From Chrysomallon squamiferum (taxonomy: Eukaryota; Animalia; Mollusca): DNA of 64,000 bases. A model generated the notes under the pieces. That model saw only the letters and a program-made list of their open reading frames with translations, was not told the origin of the DNA and searched no databases. Below are positions 41,701 to 53,038 of this stretch, one piece after another. How positions within the stretch are numbered: the first letter of the stretch is position 1; each line of letters starts with the position of its first letter. The stretch covers positions 15,438,001-15,502,000 of the forward strand of contig CM022672.1 in assembly GCA_012295275.1 (NCBI GenBank). Reading direction: 5' to 3'. The translations under genes were made by a program, and so were the position numbers.

Positions 41701-44561
41701 GCTTTTGTTGCTGTTGCTGAAGAGTCGCCATTTTGACTATTTTTTGCTACGGGATGCATCTAAAATAATCACGGTCTTTCAGCTTTTCAAAAATATAATT
41801 TTATCGTATAAAAATGTTTGAAAAATTAAATAACAAAACCAAATATGAATGTAAAACATGATATTCTTCCGTTTAATGACATACATTTTAAAGTGAAAAA
41901 ACCGTCAGTACGGCGTTATGCCTTACTGCGTCTTGCAATGATCTAGGAATGCAGACTTCTCTGCCAAATTGCTCTAAATATCGGTCCTAATTTCATAAAC
42001 AAAACTCACTTGTGTAATTGTAAAGAATTTGGTGAAATAATATTGCAATCGTCATTAATATCCACTACCGACAAATTGAAAACAAAGTGACGGTGCCTGG
42101 AATCTACAGTCAACTTATACACAAGTAATACCTAAAATGACGCAATTTTGGTCTTAAAATACACATCGACTTATACATAAGGTCGCCTTGTACAAAAGTA
42201 TATATGGTATTTTTTATTTTTTTGAATATGTACATTTACATTACACTTTTTAACTTCAATCACTCTGATGTATTTTTGCGGCGAAATGAAAAGAAAAGAA
42301 ATTAAAGTCATTGGTGAGACTTAAGTATACTTTATTTTACACATAATATCTTATTATATATAACTATATATTCTATTGCTTTGATTAATTCAAGAAAATG
42401 TAAAGGCATAATAATTAATAAGTAATATATCTTATATCTGTTGATTGCAGTGCTGTGTGGTGAGATTATAAAACATTATTTTCCAAGATGGATAGAACTA
42501 CATAATTACACACCAGCAGCAGCCACTAATCAGAAGATGGAAAATTGGTATCTTCTTAACAGGTATTGTTTTCAAACTACAAAAATATGAAATAATCAAA
42601 TTTTAATTTTATTTATTTTAAAACATTTATTATTGTTTGTTTTTATTTTTATTTTTTATTTTTAGTTTATTATATTTTATTTTATTGTTATTATTATAGT
42701 CTCTTTTTTAAATTATTTTTCTGGGTAATTTATATTATTGGTGTTGTTATTAATATTTTGGGTGTGGGTGTGGGTGTGTGTGTGTGCTTTGACTGAGCAT
42801 GACACAGCATTTAATTTCAAGTAATCTTTTAAGATAAAATATATGTCAGTATTTGCAGGTATGTGCTTGTATTTACTATATAATATTTAGATATTGTTGT
42901 TTTGCAGAAGAGTTCTGAAGCCAAGGCTGAACATGGATCTCTCTGATGAAGTGATTAGATCTCTCTCAAATGGAAAAGTGAAAGTAATTGAGAAAGTTTT
43001 GATGATGCTCAGACTTCAGCTGGACAAAGCCCTGGAGAGAGCCTCTAAAACATTCCAACATCATTCAACATCAGATGTTTTGTATATTTCAGGTATATCT
43101 ACACTACTGATTATATATCAGTGCTGTTTTATCTCATATGATCACTAACTGTTAACCCAAAAATTGAGCAGCTTAAGGACATCAGATTAGATTAGTATGT
43201 GTTCTTGTTTTCTTTCATACATCTATGTGAACACACACACACACACACACACATACATACCTATTTACATATTTACATTGACAGTTCACCTATCTACGTA
43301 CCTGCCTACCTATTTACAATGTAAACTATAAAAAAAATTGTATGCTAAACTTTGCAGGTACTCCAAGGGTATCACAGAGCATCAATGGATTGGTATATGA
43401 GAAACGTAATACCAAAGTTTACCAAACACCAAGAGAATTTCATTCTATCAGAGATTTCAATTCGCCCCACAGTTACAGATCACCACGAGGATTCCAGTCA
43501 CCCCAATCATTACCTCTCTCCAATACTGGCAAACTGTGAGTTAGAGTTACCTCCTTGTACATTACTGATTATTTGTTTTACAGTTACTTTTCTCTTCTTT
43601 TTTGGTTTGTGCATTCATTCATATGTAAAATAGGCATTTGACTTTCAAAAACTTTATAACATATTAATATTGCTAATCCCATTCTCTCTCTCTCTCTCTC
43701 TCTCTTAGAAATATTCAGATTATTCAACTTATTGTTTTAGTTATTGATTATTCATTTGACAATTTTCTTTCATAGTTTAATTAATTTTCAATAATATAAA
43801 CATACTTGTTATTATTATTATTATTATTATTATTTTCAGCCACTATTCTAACATAGCTCCACTTATTGACAATGTTCCTAAAGCACTAGTAGATGAAAAA
43901 GCCCAAGAATGTTTGGCTAAAGAAGAAACCATACAGGTCTGATTAATAATTGATAAATATGACAAAGAATTCATCTCTTCATTTCAGCATTAGATACTGC
44001 ACTAGAGTTATTCTGTTATACCTTTATTAATAAAAGTATTAAAGGCAATGTATAAAAGAACTTTCTGAGTCAAAATGTTAGAAATAATCTACTGTTTTAT
44101 ATCATCTGTTTAATTTTAATTTAATTTATTGAACTCCTTGCAACTTTTCTCATCTTATATTTCTGTCTTTCTGCATAATTAAATTAATTTGATTTTAACA
44201 AAATAACAAAGCATGACAGTAAAAAATGCCAAGACAAAAGAAAAATGCAATGGAAAGATGTTTTTGGCATATATCATTATCATGACTGTATGGAAAAAAC
44301 AAATAAACTGTGGAAGTATATATAAAATTTTTTATATTACCATAGGTACATTTTAACAGTTACAAATTTATTATGTTCATTGAGTAACATACTGAATTAA
44401 TATTTCAGATCTTGTTCACAAAACTTAAGCGTTTGGAACATCTTCTGTATTTAAAAGATTTGAGAATAGAAGACTTAGAAAAACAAGCACGACAACTGGA
44501 AGAAGCACAGACCCACAGACTAACAACACTTCCAAAGAATGTTCAGCGTTTGCACCCATAA
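38776..44561 (+). CDS. SPEF1: SPEF1/CLAMP-like paralogue A (CH domain plus C-terminal coiled coil), isoform with proximal last exon, 283 aa
   Basis: Exons 38776-38902, 42451-42562, 42908-43092, 43358-43535, 43840-43936, 44409-44561; phases consistent, 852 nt. Motifs WLDRIPFSRPKRNFGKDFSDGV, ELHNY.PA...QKMENW.LLNR and KEETIQIL..KLKRLEHLL.LKD.RIEDL are typical of SPEF1. Confidence 0.88.
41619..42207. mobile_element. TcMar (Tc2/pogo-like) MITE in SPEF1-A intron 1
   Basis: TIRs CCGTATATACTTGTGTATAAGTCGA and TCGCCTTGTACAAAAGTATATATGG with TA on both sides. Subterminal repeats of GTCGACTTATAC near 41680, 42109 and 42167; no ORF. Confidence 0.8.
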
Positions 44562-45290
44562 CATAGTTTATAATTGTGATTAACTATCAAAGCCTTGTCA
44601 ACAACATGTTATAGATGTTTCTCTTTAAAGGATCATTCTACTTTCACACTGATAACAATCTATTCTGTGTGTTTAACAAAGACTACAATTCTGACTTCCA
44701 CAACAGTTGACAGAAATTTCTATACCACACTGGCACCATAACAGTTTATTTTGTATATGTTAACAATAAAAGACTTCTGACTGCTGATATCCACAAAGGT
44801 TTATAGAAATTTCTGTTCCTGATTGGCACCTGTAACATATTTTTTCTGAATGTTTAACAATCAAAGACTTTACCATGATAGCATACACAACAATTTACAC
44901 ACATCACTCTTTAAGTATTCTGAACTGGCACAAATAACAATTTATTCTATCTTAAATTATGTAAAGAATTCTAAGCATCTCTAATGTCATCTGCATGAAT
45001 TAACAGGCAAAGATGTTTCAGTAATGGCAACATCTTGGTTGTCTCTCTACGGATGATTGGCCAATATTTCCATATGTTCTGTTTTAGCAGTTTTCATTAC
45101 TGGCATCTACTAACAGTTTATCTTGGATGTTTCTAGATTGTTTGTCATAGACGTGACATTTCAGAGACCACTACTAGCACCTATAACAATTTATTATGTG
45201 TGTTTAACAGTAAAAACGTTTCACTGAGACACCTGCAACTGTTTTTCATTGGCTGTCCTCTACAGACAACTGGCTTTTACAACATTGTTG
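44548..45290. repeat. Degenerate tandem repeat, unit about 90 bp, between the two SPEF1-A last exons
   Basis: Core CTGGCACC.ATAACA.TTTATT.TGTGTGTTTAACAAT.AAAGACT recurs near 44550, 44646, 44730, 44823, 44924, 45100 and 45174. Confidence 0.75.
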
Positions 45291-45520
45291 TACACAGTGG
45301 GTTTGAACACAAATTAGATTTATGGAATATGTTATTTTGAAACTGTATTCATTTCTTCAACCTACATAAGCATTTATATATTTCATGTTTTTAGATATTT
45401 ACCGTGATTTGTATCTTTGTGTGTTGTTTCTTCAGCTCTTCCTTCTTGTCTAAAATATTTGTAAACTCATATTAGTGACACCCACTCGAGAAAGAAATTG
45501 AACATGTTTGTGTTTTTCAG

Positions 45521-45667
45521 ATTTTACAGGCAAAAATCAGACACCTGGAACAATTGATTAATCTGAGAGATGCAAAAATTGACGATTTAGAGGAAAGAGC
45601 TGCATACATACAGTGTAAAAAATTACAGAACCGGAATAATGACAGCAGAAACTATGATTACACTTAA
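45521..45667 (+). CDS. SPEF1: Alternative distal last coding exon of SPEF1 paralogue A (gives 281 aa)
   Basis: Acceptor tgtttttcag, phase 0, open frame ILQAKIRHLEQLINLRDAKIDDLEERAA...YT*. Homologous to exon 44409-44561 and to the paralogue B last exon. AATAAA at 45730-45735. Confidence 0.75.
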   Translation: MLQAKIRHLEQLINLRDAKIDDLEERAAYIQCKKLQNRNNDSRNYDYT

Positions 45668-46139
45668 ATAATTCATGTTAAAACTAACCAGAACTGATTT
45701 CTTAGGTCCTAGAATATTGATTTTGGAATAATAAAAATAAAATGGCTTGTAAATAATAGTTACTCACCTCTCATATGTATTATATTTTTTAAAATATAAG
45801 CTTACTGTGATATTCTGAACATAAAACAACAAGTGAAATGGAATGTTGGAGATAACATTCTTAGGTTAAAAACAAAAATGGCCTTCCATTTATAAGGACA
45901 GGATTATTGTTAAGACACTGTACTAAGACAGTAAAGCAGTACTGCTATGGTTTCATTCAGAGTGAATACATGTAGTCCCAGATTATTTGATATATAATCA
46001 CCATTAAAACTCTTTATATTATTCTACTGAAATTTATCATACTATCAAATTATTTTGTTTAGTTCTTTTGGGATGTTTTTTGTTAATTGTACGTAATGTT
46101 TATTTGAAATAAATGAAAGAGGAAACATCAATTGAAAAA

Positions 46140-46460
46140 GTAAGATATGAAGAGTTTTAAAGAATGAAAAAAATAATAATATCCATAACACTGGACAACA
46201 TCAGCTGGAAATGTAAGACAGTCAAGAATTTTATACAGAAAAAAATCTGTGGGTAACATTGGTTGGAATAATAAGACATACATATATATCATAGATATAT
46301 CCATGACATTAAAAACATTGTTTAGAAAAGAAAGAGTGAAGAGTTTTATGAAATATATTTTTAATAATCCATGATGTTGGGCAACATTGGTTGGAAAAGA
46401 TGTGAAAAGTTTTAAAGAAAAAGAAAACAGAATATCCATGAGATTAGACAATATTGCTTT
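46140..46460. repeat. Degenerate tandem repeat, unit about 65 bp
   Basis: GTGAAGAGTTTTAAAGAA...ATATCCATGACATTGG.CAACATTGGTTGGAA recurs about five times. Confidence 0.7.
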
Positions 46461-46801
46461 GACAATCTGTGATATAAAAACTGTGATATTGGTGTATCAA
46501 TAAATGATGTATGCTGTGTATATATATTAAATATTATATATGTATATTAGTCATTCTAGAACAGTGGTTCTATATCATTTTCATAATCTTCAGAATTTCT
46601 AGATATTTTCCTTTATTTGTATTTATCAGTAATTTACAAATTTAGTGCAAAAACTAAGTGTATCTCACACCCCGGCTAGCACATGTAGCTATGATTTAGA
46701 AGTACTGTTCTAGAATTTACATAGTAGTAATATTTTTAAAAACTTTGATTCAGCTATTATTATTACTATTCCAGCACTTTTATTATTATTATTATCATTA
46801 C

Positions 46802-46846
<45 letters not shown>

Positions 46847-48140
46847 AATTTCACCTAATCAAAATTGAATATGAAATAAATTAAAATTTATTTTCATAAT
46901 TTTTATTCATGCTTTCATCTGTATAAAAAGATTTTGAAAAAGAAAATTGTACATGCTATTTGTTGTAGATTTTGTTTACTACAATATTCACATTTCAAAT
47001 GCACTTTCTTCTTATCATGATGCCAAGTGATATTCACAAGTAAACATATTTCCTTAAAAGAAACTAACTTTAGACTAGAATCATCTGATTTCAGAATAAT
47101 GCACAGTATAGACAGTAAAGTGGTAGATAGTTTCGTACACAATCAACAAATTACATTCCATTTGATAGATGAGCATGAAAATTAAAATTGTAACAGTAAG
47201 GGCAAATACAAATAAAATAAAATAATCCTGGCAAGACACTTTATTATAATAAGTATACTTCCAGGCTACATACGTATATATACCCAATATAATTTAAATT
47301 TTGTAAAGAAAACTACTTAACTTTATCTCTGTGTGCATGCGTGTAATGAAAAATGAAGGGAAAAGGCAAACATCCATCTCTGTATAACAAAAAAAGAAAT
47401 TAAAAACATTTTTTTTTTTTTGAGTATTAAATTGCAGAAATATTTTTAGTTTTCATTCTCAACATTTATAATTTTAATTGACTGATAAAAAAAATGTCAT
47501 ACATCATAAGAAAGAATTCTGAATATTTTCCAGTGCTTCATGTTGTAAATAATACAAATAATATAACAGTGTGATATACTTTATGTTTATATACACATGT
47601 AACTTTATATTCTATTTAACTATGTAAGTTCTTGAATTGTATTTACTATTTAAAAAGATGTCAATAATATTAAAGTATTTATTTTTCTTTTATTTTCTTG
47701 TGTTGTGTTTTGACCAAAATTTAAAAATATCACAAGGCATGAATATTATTCATAGAACCACATTTCAACATATTTTATTATTAAAATTGTCTAAATCATA
47801 TGAATAATGATAACTGCCACCATTTCACAAGTTCTTTTTAATTCATTAGCAACAGGAAGTATTTTACTTGCTTATTCCCAAAGAAACACTATAATTAGAA
47901 CTGACAAAATCCTTGTCATCAAATTTAATAGTTTACAAAAAGTACAAATTCAAACATTGAGGGACATTTTTAATTTAATTTTTCTTGCTTTACGATCACA
48001 ACACCATACTTTAAAGGAATCCAATAGCTCTAAGTATAGCAGGAATCCTGTGATATGTAAGATAAATAGATTCAAAACCTTTCCTTGAGGAAAACCTAAA
48101 AAGATTAAATTGATTGGGCTTTTGGGTTTTTTTATTATTA

Positions 48141-48190
<50 letters not shown>

Positions 48191-48741
48191 AATGTGTATG
48201 TTCTAAATTTATAAAAAAAAAAAATGAAAAAATAAATTTCCAAGACTTTAAATGGCTGAAAATGGGTAACAATTTAAATTTAGTGGGTATTGTATGTGTC
48301 CTTGTGTGCTTGAGTGAACATGAAGATATTAATTTTTGAGTGACATCATAACTAAGGTTTTCAATTATAATTTAAAAATTTTTCATGTGATAATGATAGT
48401 GAGAATAAACATCAAACATTAACTTAGCCGGACATAATCATAATTCATGATATATGTAAATCTTTATTAAAATTAATTTACGTTTTGAAATGTAAAATTT
48501 CGTTCTCTTGGCGCCTACGCTAACAGTCATTCTGCTCAAAGTACTACTACTTCCTTTAAAGTGTTGCATTATGGGAAAGATGGTTTCGACGACAACATTG
48601 TAAACTATCCTTGTTTCCATTTTTTTTTTTACCTAATAAGAGCTTCGATGTGTTCCTTTTCTCTAATATGTTGTTCGTGACATATGACTAATATAATATT
48701 TGTGTATATCTAGTCTTGTGCTTGACAGAGAAAATTACAAA

Positions 48742-49017
48742 ATGGATACCACAAATACGAAAAAGGCTAAAGATGCTACAGTCCTTGACGAAATATCGGA
48801 ATTCGATGAATCGGAGCTTGAAGATCTTTATTCATGGATAGACACTGTACCACTATCTCGCCCAAAACGAAATATAAGTAGGGATTTTTCGGATGGAGGT
48901 AATTTATATCATTTTATTATTATTATTATTATTATTACTATTAAGTATTATTATTTTTGTTTTCTTTGACTCTCACATTGTCACGGACTCAAACTCACAC
49001 ACAGACACACACACACG

Positions 49018-49057
<40 letters not shown>

Positions 49058-49886
49058 CACAGACACTGATCAAGATATAGTTATAAAATAAAAGCTGGTT
49101 AAATTTTATCTTTCATAAATATGTAGTAATGGTGGCTGAGATTATAAACCACTTCTTACCAAGACTTGTTCAGTTACACAACTATATCTCAGCTAACAAC
49201 TTTAAACAGAAACGTGAAAACTGGGAGGTGTTACGAAGGTATTTTTAGATTGGGATAACTATTCTTGTGAATTAGAAAGCTTGCTTTTGTGCAATATGGT
49301 TATTTAATTATACATCCTAATATTTTTGTTTCTATTAAAATAAATGGGAGGGAATTTTTTTTATTTTTAATCTTGAGTTCATTATGTTTTACATATTATC
49401 CTGGCTTTAAAAAACATTATTGTTAATATTACTGAACTGAAAAATTAATAAATTTTGTTATGTAATAGTTTAAACGATATGTAAATGTTTCCCACAGAAT
49501 TATAAACACTAATAGTCGAGATTCATTTCATTCAATATTTATATTAAATTCTTCTTTCAATTAATGATCCTTAAGCTGGCAACTCTGCTACTAGTAGTCA
49601 AAGTGATAATTCTTGTATAACCAAGGTCCATCACAGACACTATCTTAATCAAATAAATAAATAGGCAGGTATTAATTGAGATATCTTTCTTAATCACAAC
49701 CAATTTACTGTTAGAAATCTTTATAATAAAAACAGATCGCACCTTAAAATATCTGCAATAGGGTTTTGCTTTATTTGCTGGTAATTATTTATTTTTATTT
49801 TTCCTCTGTTGATGAAACTGCTAGTAATGCAATTGAATTATAAGTATTAACTATGATTACTGGTGTTATGTATGGACTATTCATTC

Positions 49887-49922
<36 letters not shown>

Positions 49923-51125
49923 TATAAACACATCCTTACACATTGATTAGACATATTTATTTTTAAAGTTTCTTTATAAGATATAACATTACAAATTATA
50001 TTCAGATGTAGAATAAACTTTAACTGAATAAATCAGTAATTCTTTTATTCTGTGTTAATGTTGAAATATGAACCATTACAGATCTTCATCATCTAAGTAA
50101 GTCAGAATGTATTTTAAATATATATATTCATAACTTATTTCATTTATCAGGCAATGGAACAGAAGTTATAAATAGTGAAAAAAAAGTTTAAATCCGAGTA
50201 TCAATTTTTGTTAATTACAAAGAATTAATAATGGTTTTAGTTTTTATAAGTGATAAAGATATTGCTTTTATTTGTATTCATTTTGTAAATTTATTTTAAA
50301 AAATTATACAAAGACTTCATGGAATAATTCTGTTTGTCATGTAGCTGTACTAATTAGAAATTACGTACTGTTTTGTCAGTTATCAAGTTTTGTGTGTGAG
50401 GTAAGTATAAAATGCTTTGACTGCTTGTTTGGCTAGTTCTATCAGCACTTGTAGAGAACTGTTTTCTTGGTTTCAGTGCTAGTTGCAGAAATCGTAAAGC
50501 ACTTTCTTCCAAAATGGGTGGAATTACACAACTATCCACCAGCAAACTCAACAGAACAGAAAATGCAAAACTGGTATTTGCTTAACAGGTAACAAATATG
50601 TCTTAAATACCAGCATATTGTTCTGTATATATCTTATATATCCATATAAGCATCATGTATTGTGGTGTTTGTTATGGTTATTTTGTCTATTTTTTCAATA
50701 TCGAGTTAAATTCTCACGATGACCTTAATTTTTTTTTAAAGTTAAGTCAATTTTAAATTAATATTTAAACAAATTTCTAAATATATTTTGTTCAGTGTTT
50801 TATATAATGATTAAATATAGTTTTGTTAGTAATGTATAATATTTATTTCAGATCTATACAAAAGCATTATTTTATTTCTTTAATTTTGGAGGCTTTTGAT
50901 TAAATTCTTTTACTTGATATTTTATTTGACAAAAGAGCAAGTAGCATTTCAAAGACAAACATGCATATATACATACATAGACACATGAATTATATACATA
51001 AACAAAACATACACATACATACATTTCCAGATAACTACACAGATATACATACATTATATACATTCATTCCTATTATATAGAAACACTTACTCATTCTTTA
51101 ATACATTCACACCTTTCTACCTAAA

Positions 51126-51169
<44 letters not shown>

Positions 51170-53038
51170 TGCTCTACTTATATTTTCACACCTGCGTACA
51201 AATGTCTGCATCAAAGTTTTTAACTCTTTGATAGAAAGGTGTTCATCAAACTGAACTTCCAGCTGTCTGACGATGTGATCCGGTCTGTGTGCAAATGTTC
51301 ACCTGGTGTCATTGAGAAGATACTGATGCATCTTCGTATCAAGATTTCTCGCAAACTGTGGGACACACAGAAAACACAGGCTGTCGGGAAGGGAGGTCGG
51401 AACTCACAGATGATCAGCGATAAGCCAGAAGTCGACCAAAACATGAACATGCAAGGAACAGGTAAAACTGTTATTTTTTACTGTGCCTGCAATTATTGTT
51501 ATCTTTTTCTCTAAAAGTAACTTTTATGTTAAATTAAACTTACCCTAAAGAGTAAATGAATGCTTAATATTTACAACCATAATATAACTATGCAAGGAAT
51601 GGGTTGGTTCTCCGTTATTGCTGTTATGTTTACTTGATCTTTACCTTAATTTGTGGTGGAATAGACTAAACAGCAAATATATTGGAATACAATAAGCAAT
51701 CTTTGCTAAAAAATAATAATGATATATTATTATGACATTATTTATCAAGTATATATAATACCAATCATTTATTAATTTTTTAGCTCAAATATCACCAGGA
51801 AGACAACAAAAGATGCCAGAAGTACATACAGGACCTTATAAAGGGTATGTGTCAATTTTCATATTAATTTTTATGATGTTTTTAATTAGGTAAATTAATT
51901 AATATGTTAGATATAAATAATTTGCCAATAATAAAAAATACAACTTTGTTTTTAGAACAGACAGTTAATTGTTGATATTTGTTTACAATCATATTTAGTA
52001 ATTTTGACCTGTAGCCTGTTGAAGAAATACACTAATTTTTTACCATTAGCTGCACATATCTATTTTCCTATGGCTGGAAAACACCAGGAACTGGAATTAG
52101 TATAATTGGCTCAGCAAGGAACTCAGATCCAGTAAAACATTATATCTCAAAACTAGAACCTACTGTGTAGAGTTAATAATAGCTAAATAGCTTAATATAT
52201 TTAAACTTATAATTTAACAAATGGCAGTTATTACTTATAATTTAACAAATATTTTACAACAATGTCAGAAGTATAATTCATTAATGTAATTAAAATAGAT
52301 TCAGTTTGAAATGCATTTTCAGTTTAACTGAATTTTTTTAAATTACAGAACCAAATCAAAACCATACCCTGATGCTGATATGGTTCCTAAAGTTCTTCTG
52401 GAAGATAAGGAACAAGAAATATTGGCAAAGGAAGAAACAATACAGGTAAAAATATTTACCTACGTTACAGAATTTAAATAATTTTAATGTTCATTTTATA
52501 ATCAAAAATGGATATTCAAGTGAAAAATAACTCTAGTAGAGAAAAGATGAAGATTTTATAAATATTTTATAAATAATTTACCTAATTAAAATAATACTAA
52601 AAAAAATATTATCATTATGTGTGTATAATTATAATTAGTTATAATATGAACAACTCAAGCCACCAAGTGACCAAAGCAAGATGCATATTAATTAAAGGAA
52701 AATACTGTTTGTTTTATTTTTCAGTTCTGATATAGTCTTATTAAACACAAAGCGATCGTAGATCACAAAGTTTTTAAATCTCTTTCAGATGAATCATTTA
52801 TAATGCATGTGGTGTAAACGTTAACCTGTTATCATAACTGTTGTTGAGTGGACTTATTATTGAATATTCATTGTAGTCATACCAGTAACAATACAGACAT
52901 CATGAGAACCATTTATTGTTTCAGATTTTAAATGCTAAGATCAGAAGGTTAGAGCATCTTCTCCATCTGAAAGATATTCGTATTGATGATCTTCAGAAAA
53001 GGGTGGAATTTCAACGGCCAACAGGAAAAAGATTATGA
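48742..53038 (+). CDS. SPEF1: SPEF1/CLAMP-like paralogue B, 6 coding exons per isoform, 255 aa
   Basis: Exons 48742-48898, [49127-49238 or 50477-50588], 51235-51461, 51784-51844, 52349-52445, 52925-53038; 768 nt. Motifs LYSWIDTVPLSRPKRNISRDFSDGV and KEETIQILNAKIRRLEHLLHLKDIRIDDL. Intron phases match paralogue A. Confidence 0.9.
48995..49066. repeat. (CA)n microsatellite in SPEF1-B intron 1
   Basis: Direct reading; another (CA)n at 51128-51166 precedes exon 3. Confidence 0.9.
49127..49238 (+). CDS. SPEF1: SPEF1-B exon 2a (candidate mutually exclusive exon)
   Basis: 112 nt, AG/GT flanks, phase 1 to 2, encodes (V)MVAEIINHFLPRLVQLHNYISANNFKQKRENWEVLR(R). Confidence 0.8.
50477..50588 (+). CDS. 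SPEF1: SPEF1-B exon 2b (candidate mutually exclusive exon)
   Basis: 112 nt, AG/GT flanks, phase 1 to 2, encodes (V)LVAEIVKHFLPKWVELHNYPPANSTEQKMQNWYLLN(R). Confidence 0.85.

Noticed and set aside
42845-42864. Possible 9-nt microexon before SPEF1-A exon 3
   Set aside because: Poor pyrimidine tract and only a 49-nt downstream intron.
44548-46460. CRISPR-like repeat-spacer appearance
   Set aside because: Eukaryotic context, units are degenerate along their whole length, and there are no cas genes.
48994-50400. Pairing of CTCACACACA with TGTGTGTGAG that would loop out exon 2a
   Set aside because: Only 10 bp and derived from simple repeat; too weak to claim a docking/selector mechanism.
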